From: Macrostomum lignano
Lineage: Eukaryota
Reading direction: 5' to 3'
Length of the DNA: 64,000 bases
Assembly (NCBI GenBank): GCA_002269645.1
Contig: NIVC01001523.1
Coordinates: forward strand, 62,001-126,000
A model generated the notes under the pieces. The model saw only the letters and a list, made by a program, of their open reading frames with translations, ran no database searches and was not told where the DNA came from. The position numbers and the translations under genes are program-made. Each line of letters starts with the position of its first letter. The stretch's first letter is position 1. Below are positions 42,850-54,839 of this stretch, in pieces.

Positions 42850-43745
42850 TAAGAAAGACAGGTAGATAAGAGAAGCAGACAAGTAGATAAGAGAAGCAGA
42901 CAGGTCGATAAGAGAAGCAGACAGGTAGATAAGAGAAGCAAACAGGTATGATAAGAGAAGCAGACAGGTAGATAAGAGAAGCAAACAGGTATGATAAGAG
43001 AAGCAGACAGGTAGATAAGAGAAGCAGACAGGTAGATAAGAGAAGCAAACAGATAGATAAGAGAAGCAAACAGGTATGATAAGAGAAGCAGACAGGTAGA
43101 TAAGAGAAGCAGACAGGTATGATAAGAGAAGCAGACAGGTAGATAAGAGAATCAGACAGGTAGATAAGAGAAGCAGACAGGTAGATAAGAGAAGCAAACA
43201 GATAGATAAGAGAAGCAAACAGGTAAGATAAGAGAAGCAGACAGGTAGATAAGAGAAGCAGACAGGTATGATAAGAGAAGCAGACAGGTAGATAAGAGAA
43301 GCAGACAGGTAGATAAGAGAAGCAGACATTTATGATAAGAGAAGCAGACAGGTAGATAAGAGAAGCAGACAGGTATGATAAGAGAAGCAAACAGATAGAT
43401 AAGAGAAGCAGACAGGTAAGATAAGAGAAGCAGACAGGTAGATAAGAGAAGCAGACAGGTAGATAAGAGAAGCAGATAGGTAGATAAGAGAAGCAGACAT
43501 TTATGATAAGAGAAGCAGACAGGTATGATAAGAGAAGCAAACAGATAGATAAGAGAAGCAGACAGGTAAGATAAGAGAAGCAGACAGGTAGATAAGAGAA
43601 GCAGACAGGTATGATAAGAGAAGCAAACAGGTAGATAAGAGAAGCAGATAGGTAGATAAGAGAAGCAGACATTTATGATAAGAGAAGCAGACAGGTAAAT
43701 AAGAGAAGCAGACAGGTAGATGAGAGAAGCAGACAGGTAGATAAG
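42850..43745. repeat. 21-bp minisatellite GATAAGAGAAGCAGACAGGTA
   Basis: Visible. Confidence 0.95.
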
Positions 43746-44944
43746 AGTAGCATATTGATAAGTAAAATGACACTATAAACATTGTATTAAATGACTGCTT
43801 GTATTACAGTTGCAAAAGCACAGACTAAATCTACTGAAGATGTGACGCTGCAATAAACTTTGTTTATTGTAAATTTTCTTTATTACAATCTATTTTTTGT
43901 ACTTCTCTAGGGAATCTTAAAGGAATATGATGGTTCCCACACCTATTACAATATCTATTACTCATTTTGTTGTGTTCCACTGAATATCTACAAAGTGTCT
44001 CCTTGAGAACCTCCCAGCTGTAATTGTTCTTCATCTCAATTCAAGCCTGGAGATCTACGCTATTAATTAACTATCTTGACCTGTTTCAAGCCATTTTTAT
44101 GGCTTTTTATATTTTTTCTACGGACATGTTGGAGCTTTGGACGCATGCAGACGAGGCTGATAGAGTCGTTCTAGCTACAGCAAAAAGAGAGCTACCTTTC
44201 TCAATTCCCGAAGGAATTACTTTCCCTAAATCAGAGCAACTGGGACTCGCTCCGTGCCTCCGGCAACTTGGCTTGTTTGCAATGTAGCAGCAGAGCTACG
44301 AGCTACCCTCTGGTTAGGGAAATCTATAATCACGATCTGCTTTTGGCAAGAAGTTGGCGGCAACAGAAAATCCTCAACTGTTTGATCCCTCCGGAGGCGT
44401 TCTTGGGGCCTTGAGGGCTTCCATCCTGCACCGCAGCAGTGTGTGGGGGGGGCAATGCAGCCAAGATTTATGGAGTAGCTTAACCTCGGAGAGTGGGAAA
44501 CCAAATCCCGCTTGCTTTCAAGGGGAAATTTGGGGGGAGAAAGATAAAAAAGGCCGTTCTAGCGTCTGCCTTTTTATCGGCCTTTTAAGTTTTCTACGAA
44601 CAGATATTGCTTATCTCCCAGTGTTGCATGCCTTGGCAAGTACCTACTTTAACTATTATTTTATACCTTCAAATTACTAGCCTGTTACGAGCTGCTTTAC
44701 TTCTTGCAATTCTTATCTCGTGTTAAAGAAACGAAACTCTGTATGCTTGAATAATACATGTACTAGTCCATGCAAAACTATGGCTATAATGCAATACAAA
44801 TGTACAATACCCTATTCTAATAACCAGCTTATTTGAATACCAAAACAATTTTGCTTTGCGTTCGTCAGCTCATTTCAGACTTCGCTTCCTCATTGGAAGG
44901 GTAGAAAACGCTAAATCCTTCTGTGTAAATTGAATATCTCTTAT

Positions 44945-45385
44945 CCATTTTCTTGTAGCTGATTGGCTGGAGCAAACCTCTCCCCTAACACTAGGGACGA
45001 GAAGTTCTGTAGGCACTGTACACCCAATTTATTGCCTTGTGCCCCTTGTAGCTGATTGGCTGCAGCAAATCTCTCCCCTAACACTAGGGACGAGAAGTTC
45101 TGTGGGCACTGTAAACCCAATTTATTGCCTTGTGCCCCTTGTAGCTGATTGGCTGCAGCAAATCTCTCCCCTAACACTAGGGACGAGAAGTTCTGTGGGC
45201 ACTGTACACCCAATTTATTGCTTTGTGCCCCTTGTAGCTGATTGGCTGCAGCAAATCTCTCCCTAACACTAGGGACGAGAAGTTCTGTAGCACTGTACAC
45301 CCAATTTATTGCCTTGTGCCCCTTGTAGCTGATTGGCTGCAGCAAATCTCTCCCCTAACACTAGGGACGAGAAGTTCTGTAGCAC
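44945..45385. repeat. 92-93 bp tandem repeat, about 5 copies
   Basis: GGGACGAGAAG at 44994, 45087, 45180, 45272 and 45364. Confidence 0.92.
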
Positions 45386-46049
45386 AGTACGCCCTATTTA
45401 TTGCCTTCTGCTACTTACTTGCAGTTGATTGGCTGGAGAAAACCTCTCCCCCACTTTAGTGACGAAAAGTTTATGCACACTGTAAATTCTGCTTATTATG
45501 GTAGAAAAGTTGAATGCACGTTAAGGCCATCAAGGAGGGTTACATGTACAAAATATCATATTGCTTTAATTACATTTTATTGCTCTGGGTCATTATCATT
45601 TTAACTAACATTGCTGTGCTCAGAAATCGGCAATCAACAATTCAAGTAATGCTTGTTAAGCAAACAGTAAGGACTGCGTAGTTGGTGCAGTCACTATGAG
45701 TTATTATCGCTATTTTCCTAAAAATGGGATCAAGTGCAAACAGTTGCAATTAAATAGCGCTGTGAATAATGATACTGCTTGCTCATAGTCAGCTCAATTT
45801 TGCTGGGTTAATTGTATTATATGTAAAGCGATCCATTTGAGCCATTTGAAATTTAACTGATTTGATCAGTTAATCAGGAAATTTGACACAATTATTAAAA
45901 ATATTTTGAGTCGGTAGTGAGGGTTCATGAATTGTTCAGTTTTAACTGCTTAAAGGTCCAATTGACTTAAAAGATCCATTGAGTCATGGGACTAAGAGAA
46001 ACATTGACTCAGGAATCCATTGGGCTCACGGACATGCACATTGACTCGG

Positions 46050-47235
46050 ACTCATTTAATCAGGGACATATTCACTCAGGGACACATTCACTCAGGGACA
46101 CATTCACTCAGGGACATATTCCCTTAGGGACACATTCACTCAGGGACACATTCACTCACGGACACATTCACTCAGGGACATATTCACTCAGGGACACATT
46201 CACTCAGGGACATATTCACTCAGGGACATATTCACTCAGGGACATATTCACTCAGGGACATATTCACTCAGGGACATATTCACTCAGGGACATATTCACT
46301 CAGGGACATATTCACTCAGGGACACATTCACTCAGGGACATATTCACTCAGGGACATATTCACTCAGGGACACATTCACTCAGGGACATATTCACTCAGG
46401 GACATATTCACTCAGGGACATATTCACTCAGGGACATATTCACTCAGGGACATATTCACTCAGGGACATATTCACTCAGGGACATATTCACTCAGGGACA
46501 TATTCACTCAGGGACACATTCACTCAGGGGCATATTCACTCAGGGACATATTCACTCAGGGACATATTCACTCAGGGACATATTCACTCAGGGACATATT
46601 CACTCAGGGGCATATTCACTCAGGGACATATTCACTCAGGGACACATTCACTCAGGGACATATTCACTCAGGGACATATTCACTCAGGGACACATTCACT
46701 CAGGGACATATTCACTCAGGGACATATTCACTCAGGGACATATTCACTCAGGGACATATTCACTCAGGGACATATTCACTCAGGGACATATTCACTCAGG
46801 GACATATTCACTCAGGGACATATTCACTCAGGGACACATTCACTCAGGGACATATTCACTCAGGGACATATTCACTCAGGGACATATTCACTCAGGGACA
46901 TATTCACTCAGGGACATATTCACTCAGGGACATATTCACTCAGGGACATATTCACTCAGGGACACATTCACTCAGGGACATATTCACTCAGGGACATATT
47001 CACTCAGGGACATATTCACTCAGGGACATATTCACTCAGGGACATATTCACTCAGGGACACATTCACTCAGGGACACATTCACTCAGGGACATATTCACT
47101 CAGGGACATATTCACTCAGGGACATATTCACTCAGGGACACATTCACTCAGGGACATATTCACTCAGGGACATATTCACTCAGGGACATATTCACTCAGG
47201 GACACATTCACTCAGGGACATATTCACTCAGGGAC
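46050..47235. repeat. 16-bp minisatellite CACTCAGGGACATATT
   Basis: Period 16 at 46441, 46457 and 46473; abuts the stop of the sirtuin-like ORF. Confidence 0.96.
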
Positions 47236-47248
47236 CCATTGGCTCAAT

Positions 47249-48373
47249 TCAGTCGATTCTCTTGGAGCGCCAACTCGTCTCTCCCGGCGCCACCGTGAGC
47301 GCCAGCCAAAACTCGCCGCGCCAGCCGTCAGCCGCCAGGCTGCACTCGAACGCTGGCGGCCTCCAGCCGTCGCCACGCCGCAGCGGCCGGAACAGCAGCC
47401 GCAAAGTCAGCGACATCGCCGACGCCGGTCTGAGCGGCCGGAGCTGCACGCAGCTCGCGTTCAACGGCACGTCGAATTCGAACGGCGGTCGTCGCCGCCA
47501 TTCTGCGTCGCTGCCGCCGCCGTAGCCAAGCCCGACTGCCGCCAGCATCGTGGTGATGAAGTCCTCGTCGGGGTCCTTCAGCAGCACAGACACCCGATCC
47601 GCGGTGGCACGAACGCACAGCCGACAGTGGACGATCCATCGAAGCGACTTTGGCGACTGCAGCGGAGCCAGCAGGCGGATCAGGAGCTTGGCTGGCGACG
47701 CGGCCACTCGCTCGTCTGCCTCGTCGTCCAGCGGGGATCGCGAAAGTCCGCAGACCACGAGACGGCGCCAACATTGGCGGCGCTGACGGCGCTCAGATCG
47801 GCGCCAATCGGCAACTCGGTAGTCGCGTCGAACAGTTCCAAGCAGCAGCAGCAGGTCCGCCGACTCGATTGTCGACGCAATGACGTCATCGTTCTTGATG
47901 ACGTCATTGCTACGAAGAGGCGCGGAGAGAGCTCCTCCGCAGGCGGGGCACAACCTGCCCGACGAATCGCCGTCGCTGTCAAAGTCCCAGTGAACTACGG
48001 TGCTTCGCCTGCGGCAGGCGTCGCTGCCTCGAAGGCGACATCGTCGAAAGTCCCGACTGCCGGCGGTCTGCAGCAGTTTGGCCGGCGGAAAACCGGCGCG
48101 ACGCAACCGGCCGTCCGAGGTGTCGACGATCGCGGCACTGACGAGGCCGGCGGCGGCCAGAGCAGCCAGAGCGAGGTGCCCGACTCCAGGCTCGTCGACG
48201 CCGAGGTCCGACTGGTTGTCAATGCCGCTGCCAACGATGGCAAGGACGCGGCCGTCAGGTGCCGACTTGGCCATCCAGGTGCCGATCTCAGCCGCCTGCC
48301 TGTCGGTTGTTGCTTCAGGAGCTTCTGACAGCGGCTGCAGAAATTTGTGATTGCCTTGGCGACGTCGGGGCAT
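47249..48373 (-). CDS. SIRT6-like (class IV sirtuin fold) protein with degenerate active site and a YEATS-like C-terminal region; 374 aa from the first ATG
   Basis: The ORF aligns by eye colinearly with SIRT6: VLAIVGSGID (~TGAGIS), GHLALAAL (~THMALVQL), IVDTSDGRLRRAGFPPAKLLQTAGS (~[25 protein letters not shown]), four Cys (RRC..AC..GRLCPAC), ADLLLLLGT (~ADLSITLGTS), RLVVCGL...DDEADERV (~RLVIVNL...DRHADLRI). GC-rich and CpG-rich like the other exons. Acceptor tctcag lies 2 nt before the ATG; a candidate upstream donor (gtaagt) is at 49426-49421. Confidence 0.82.
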   Translation of the reverse strand: MPRRRQGNHKFLQPLSEAPEATTDRQAAEIGTWMAKSAPDGRVLAIVGSGIDNQSDLGVDEPGVGHLALAALAAAGLVSAAIVDTSDGRLRRAGFPPAKLLQTAGSRDFRRCRLRGSDACRRRSTVVHWDFDSDGDSSGRLCPACGGALSAPLRSNDVIKNDDVIASTIESADLLLLLGTVRRDYRVADWRRSERRQRRQCWRRLVVCGLSRSPLDDEADERVAASPAKLLIRLLAPLQSPKSLRWIVHCRLCVRATADRVSVLLKDPDEDFITTMLAAVGLGYGGGSDAEWRRRPPFEFDVPLNASCVQLRPLRPASAMSLTLRLLFRPLRRGDGWRPPAFECSLAADGWRGEFWLALTVAPGETSWRSKRID

Positions 48374-48404
48374 TTCTGAGAATAGTGTTGAGCAATATGA
48401 CAAC

Positions 48405-49360
48405 TCAGAAACTCAGCAACTCAGTAATTCAACAACTCAGCAGCTCAGTAACTCTGCAACTCATCAACTCTGCAACTCATCAACTCAGCAACTCAGCAAC
48501 TCATCAACTCAGCAACTCATCAACTCAGCAACTCAGCAACTCATCAACTCAGCAACTCATCAACTCTGCAACTCATCAACTCAGCAACTCAGCAACTCAT
48601 CAACTTAACAAGTCATCAACTCATCAACTCTGCAACTCATCAACTCAGCAACTCAGCAACTCATCAACTCAGCAACTCATCAACTCATCAACTCAGCAAC
48701 TCAGCAACTCATCAACTCAGCAACTCAGCAACTCATCAACTCAGCAACTCAGCAACTCATCAACTTAACAAGTCATCAACTCATCAACTCTGCAACTCAT
48801 CAACTCAGCAACTCATCAACTCAGCAACTCAGCAACTCAGTAACTCAGCAACTCAGTAACTCAGTAACTCAGCAACTCAGCAACTCATCAACTCAGCAAC
48901 CCAGCAACTCAGCAACTCTGCAACTCATCAACTCAGCAACTCATCAACTCATCAACTCAGCAACTCAGCAACTCATCAACTCAGCAACTCATCAACTCAG
49001 CAACTCAGCAACTCAGCAACTCAGTAACTCAGTAACTCAGTAACTCAGCAACTCAGCAACTCAGCAACTCAGTAACTCAGCAACTCAGTAACTCAGCAAC
49101 TCAGCAACTCAGTAACTCAGCAACTCAGTAACTCAGCAACTCAGTAACTCAGCAAATCAGCAACTCAGCAACTCAGCAACTCAGCAACTCAGTAACTCAG
49201 TAACTCAGTAACTCAGTAACTCAGCAACTCAGCAACTCAGCAACTCAGCAACTCAGCAACTCAGCAACTCAGTAACTCAGTAACTCAGTAACTCAGCAAC
49301 TCAGCAACTCAGCAACTCAGCAACTCAGTAACTCAGTAACTCAGTAACTCAGAATCTCAT
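48405..49360. repeat. 8-bp repeat CAACTCAG/CAACTCAT/TAACTCAG
   Basis: Visible; probably intronic to the sirtuin-like gene. Confidence 0.95.
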
Positions 49361-49899
49361 CAACATTGGGAAATGACAACTTAGCAACTAAAAGATAAGC
49401 AAATAGTATTTTCAGAAAGAACTTACCGAATTCGCAGTCAGATTCCAATGTTTATTCGAAGAACGAGTTTCAACGCTCGAAGAAGTCGCGCAGTTGCTGC
49501 ATAGCAAGACAAAGTCGCTAAGACGCTTTGCGCGGATGCGGCTTCTTCATATATGGTAAAAAAAATTCTTCTCGTTTTACTGTTCTCAGCCGGCTTCATA
49601 AATAATTAATACCAAAAATAACTTGACAACCTAAGATGGGGGCAATTCTGCTGAGTGGAACCGTGGCAACAATGAATGAATTTTTCATAGCTTTTTGGCG
49701 AAATTAGGTTGCAAGTACGATGCGGTGTGTTAAGACATGTTTTTTATTGTTCTCTAGTGCTTAGGTTGACCGGATCTGCTGAGCTTCGTCACTAATTTTT
49801 ACATGATTCTCATAGGTGATTTTAGGATTTTTCGATCACTTTACGAGCGTATGATTCGGGAGAGACGTCATGATTTTTCTCTGCTTTCACTGCTCGTCA

Positions 49900-51535
49900 C
49901 TTGACTCGTCACTGATTCCATGAATAGTCACTGATTCCATTGATCGTCACTGATTCCATTGATCGTCACTGATTTCATTGATCGTCACTGATTCCATTGA
50001 TCGTCACTGATTCCATTGATCGTCACTGATTCCATTGATCGTCACTGATTCCATTGATCGTCACTGATTCCATTGATCATCACTGATTCCATTGATCGTC
50101 ACTGATTCCATCACTCGTCACTGATTTCATTGATCGTCACTGATTCCATTGATCATCACTGATTCCATTGATCGTCACTGATTCCAATGATCGTCACTGA
50201 TTCCATCACTCGTCACTGATTCCATTGATCGTCACTGATTCCATTGATCGTCACTGATTCCATCACTCGTCACTGATTCCATTGAACATCACTGATTCCA
50301 TTGATCGTCACTGATTCCATTGATCGTCACTGATTCCATTGATCGTCACTGATTTCATTGATCGTCACTGATTCCATTGATCATCACTGATTCCATTGAT
50401 CGTCACTGATTCCATTGATCGTCACTGATTCCATTGATCATCACTGATTCCATTGATCGTCACTGATTTCATTGATCGTCACTGATTCCATTGATCATCA
50501 CTGATTCCATTGATCGTCACTGATTCCAATGATCGTCACTGATTCCATCACTCGTCACTGATTCCATTGATCGTCACTGATTCCATTGATCGTCACTGAT
50601 TCCATCACTCGTCACTGATTCCATTGAACATCACTGATTCCATTGATCGTCACTGATTCCATTGATCGTCACTGATTTCATTGATCGTCACTGATTTCAT
50701 TGATCGTCACTGATTCCATTGATCATCACTGATTCCATTGATCGTCACTGATTCCATTGATCGTCACTGATTCCATTGATCATCACTGATTCCATTGATC
50801 GTCACTGATTTCATTGATCGTCACTGATTCCATTGATCATCACTGATTCCATTGATCGTCACTGATTTCATTGATCGTCACTGATTCCATTGATCGTCAC
50901 TGATTCCATTGATCATCACTGATTCCATTGATCGTCACTGATTTCATTGATCGTCACTGATTCCATTGATCGTCACTGATTCCATTGATCGTCACTGATT
51001 CCATTGATCGTCACTGATTCCATTGATCGTCACTGATTCCATTGATCATCACTGATTCCATTGATCGTCACTGATTCCATCACTCGTCACTGATTCCATT
51101 GATCGTCACTGATTCCATTGATCATCACTGATTCCATTGATCGTCACTGATTCCATTGATCGTCACTGATTCCATTGATCGTCACTGATTCCATTGATCG
51201 TCACTGATTCCATTGATCATCACTGATTCCATTGATCGTCACTGATTTCATTGATCGTCACTGATTCCATTGATCGTCACTGATTCCATTGATCGTCACT
51301 GATTCCATTGATCGTCACTGATTCCATTGATCGTCACTGATTCCATGACTCGTCACTGATTCCATTGATCGTCACTGATTCCATTGATCGTCACTGATTC
51401 CATTGATCGTCACTGATTCCATTGATCGTCACTGATTCCATTGATCGTCACTGATTCCATTGATCGTCACTGATTCCATTGATCATCACTGATTCCATCA
51501 CTCGTCACTGATTCCATTGATCATCACTGATTCGA
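49900..51535. repeat. 19-bp minisatellite GTCACTGATTCCATTGATC
   Basis: Visible. Confidence 0.96.
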
Positions 51536-52499
51536 TGACTACCTGTACAATCGTATGTACAGTTCCCCCCAGTGACATCGGAACTGAAACAAGAGACGTA
51601 TTTCTCATCCTTTTGAACGATTTGAAAAAGCATATTTACTTCTGCCTTCAATGCGTCAAATTACTGGCTTGAGTATCTATCCGTTTCCCTCGTCAATTGT
51701 TGCAGGCAGCAAAGGCAGGTGACTGGAGAAAGAAATTCCCGTCACGGGCTCACGCTAAAAGTACGATATTTCTTCGCAGCTGAGGCATGCCAGTTCTCAC
51801 ACCTCTCTTTCTTCATCTAATTCTGCTTATTCCTCCAGAGATGCTGAAGGCTGCAATACTAGCCTTAGTTAAAAAACTCATGCTCAATTGCCGCACCTCA
51901 ATGGAAGGGAGCTGTCTGTGGAAGGCTTTCTTTTCTAAAGTGGCTGCAGGCTCGGTCTTGTGCTTTCTTATCTTCCCTCTTTTCCCCTCTCCTCCGTGTG
52001 AGCTGGTTTCATCAATAATGGGACTGACTGCTGCAAGGCGTGGATTTGGGAGCAGGCAAATATCGATTAAAAAAGATAGTTCCAAGAAGAACTCGTGCAA
52101 TATTTCTGATGATTTTAGTTCTACCGCAATTTTCTATTGCTGCAAAATTCCCATGAAAATTCAAGAACAGACTGGCTTTTCAGCATTCTATTTTTATTGT
52201 AAGTCTCACAGACACAAAATTTCTGAGGACAAACATCGAAGTTGATGCGGACTGTTTGATGTACTTGACATTTTGATACTTCGGAGTGGCAGTCAAAGCT
52301 GCTGGTTTATATCGAGGCCGAACGTCGGTAATCCATCTTAGCGTCAGATATGTAGCGATTTATTCTGCGCCTTGGGGGCTGGCCCGATAAGCATTAGGCT
52401 AATATTCTCGCTTTTTTTAAATCAAAACCACGGAGATTACCTTTCCATGCCGAAGCCTGGAAATATAATAAACTGTTCCTGCCGTCACTGTCAATAGGG

Positions 52500-52940
52500 C
52501 TGGCCATAGACTATCGCTGCCATTTCAACACACTGCTGTGGGATCTGGCCATAGACTATCGCTGCCATTTCGACACACTGCTGTGAGGGCTGGCCATAGA
52601 CCATCGCTGCTATTTCGACACACTGCTGTGGGGTCTGGCCAAAGAATATCGCTGAAATTTCGACACACTGCTGTGAGGACTGGCCATAGACTATGGATTC
52701 CATTTCAACACACTGCTGTGGGATCTGGCCATAGACTATCGCTGCCATTTCAACACACTGCTGTGGGGTCTGGCCATAGAAAATCACTGAAATTTCAACA
52801 TACTGCTGTGAGGTCTGGCCATGGACTATGGATTCCATTTCAACACACTGATGTGGGGTCCGGCCAAAGACTATCATTGCCATTTCAACACACTGCTGTG
52901 GGGTCTGGCCATAGACTATCGCTGCCATTTCGACACTGCT
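52500..52940. repeat. 45-bp minisatellite
   Basis: TGGCCATAGA at 52501 and 52546, and onward. Confidence 0.9.
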
Positions 52941-53924
52941 GTGCAAAGAGAAAGGAGCACTTATTCCATACGAAGGCTTAGCTCTAGAATTGAATCCAAG
53001 AGGTTTCCAGTCCACACCTTCTCTTGAAGCTCATGGCCCGGGGTCGGGTGGGGTAGAAAGAGAAGATTAAATTGAGTATAGAGAGCACGATAGAAGACTA
53101 TCTGAGATACTATACAGATATGGGCAGGTAAAGGGTGCATGAGTTTTCAGGGGATTTTGTTGGTGAAGAATCTCTAGGTCCCAGAGCGCCCGTCAGAAAA
53201 TTGACGCAGAGTTGCACGAGCTGAGGAAGATCGGGCTGACTGAGTGTGTTTGCCCACTAGGTGGTGCCGGCTCATTTCGAGTGGGTGTCAAATTTCCTTC
53301 AAGACTGCGCCGCAGCGCTTCCTGTTTTTTGTTATTGCTGTGCAAATAATAATCAAGGGAAATTATTGATTATTAACAGTAAAATTTTTTTCTGACAGAA
53401 ATCTGATTAGTACAAGTTGAGGGTATTGACGGGGGTCACATTGACAGGTAGGGTTTTGAGTTCGCAATTGGATAGGTAGTTCAAATAAAAGTACACTGCA
53501 TTTATCATCTAGAACTGTTAAAAAGATCTCGAAGTACTATTAAAAAACTATAGCTACAAAGAAAACGAGAAAACAGAATGACAACAGATTGCGGAATTAT
53601 TTGCTAAGTTATAATCAATACTTATAACTACCATAGCGTAGGACGTGCATTTTCAATCGCAAGACAAAAACAAAAGAGTAACTCCAAGAGTAACTTCAAT
53701 GGCAAAGTCACCAGTTCGTGACAGAAAAATACACGGGGAGGAGGGAATTTTACATCATAGGAGTTTATTATCGGGTCTTCGAAAAGACAATTTTGCTTTG
53801 TGCATTACAACGTAACTCTTAGAAAAGACAGCGCTATCTTTGACAGTCGTGTCATTTTATTACAGTATGATCAATTTCAGGCTTTGTTTTCTAAATATAA
53901 ACAAAATACACAACGAAACAAGGT

Positions 53925-54780
53925 CACATGCTAAATGGCCACATAGTGATACAAGTCTCAAAGCACAGTGCTAAATGGTCACATAGTGATACAAGTCTCA
54001 AAGTACGGTGCTAAATGGTCACATAGTGACACAAGTCTCAAAGCACAGTGCTAAATGGTCACATAGTGACACAAGTCTCAAAGCACAGTGCTAAATGGTC
54101 ACATAGTGACACAAGTCTCAAAGCACAGTGCTAAATGGTCACATAGTGATACAAGTTTCAAAGCACAGTGCTAAATGGCCACATAGTGATACAAGTCTCA
54201 AAGTACGGTGCTCATTGGTCACATAGTGACACAAGTCTCAAAGCACAGTGCTAAATGGTCACATAGTGATACAAGTCTCAAAGTACGGTGCTCATTGGTC
54301 ACATAGTGACACAAGTCTCAAAGCACAGTTGCTAAATGGTCACATAGTGATACAAGTCTCAAAGCACAGTGCTAAATGGTCACATAGTGACACAAGTCTC
54401 AAAGTACGGTGCTCATTGGTCACATAGTGACACAAGTCTCAAAGCACAGTGCTAAATGGTCACATAGTGATACAAGTTTCAAAGCACAGTGCTAAATGGC
54501 CACATAGTGATACAAGTCTCAAAGCACAGTGCTAAATGGTCACATAGTGATACAAGTTTCAAAGCACAGTGCTAAATGGCCACATAGTGATACAAGTCTC
54601 AAAGTACGGTGCTCATTGGTCACATAGTGACACAAGTCTCAAAGCACAGTGCTAAATGGTCACATAGTGATACAAGTCTCAAAGCACAGTGCTTAATGGT
54701 CACACAGTGACACAAGTCTCAAATCAAAGTGCTAAATAGTCACGTAGTCACAAAGTCTCAAAGTACGGTGCTCATTGGTC
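53925..54780. repeat. 40-bp minisatellite GCTAAATGGTCACATAGTGATACAAGTCTCAAAGCACAGT
   Basis: Period 40 at 54011, 54051 and 54091; ends just past the GPCR stop. Confidence 0.95.
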
Positions 54781-54839
54781 AGAGCGTCAATTACAGTTCT
54801 GGTTGAAACCACACAGTGTCCGATTTCGTCAGTGCCAAA

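Noticed and set aside
45986-48328. 780-aa plus-strand ORF
   Set aside because: Its first half is the 16-bp minisatellite and its second half is the GC-rich antisense shadow of the sirtuin-like gene; no recognisable domain.
51787-52245. Overlapping non-repetitive ORFs on both strands
   Set aside because: No recognisable motif, codon style unlike the real exons, and no convincing splice sites.
52491-53015. ORF with 15-aa repeats MAAIVYGQTPQQCVE
   Set aside because: Translation of a 45-bp minisatellite; no non-repetitive coding flanks or splice support.
53254-53267. CTCF-like motif CCACTAGGTGGTGC
   Set aside because: A single motif match is expected by chance in 64 kb, and CTCF is reported absent from flatworms.
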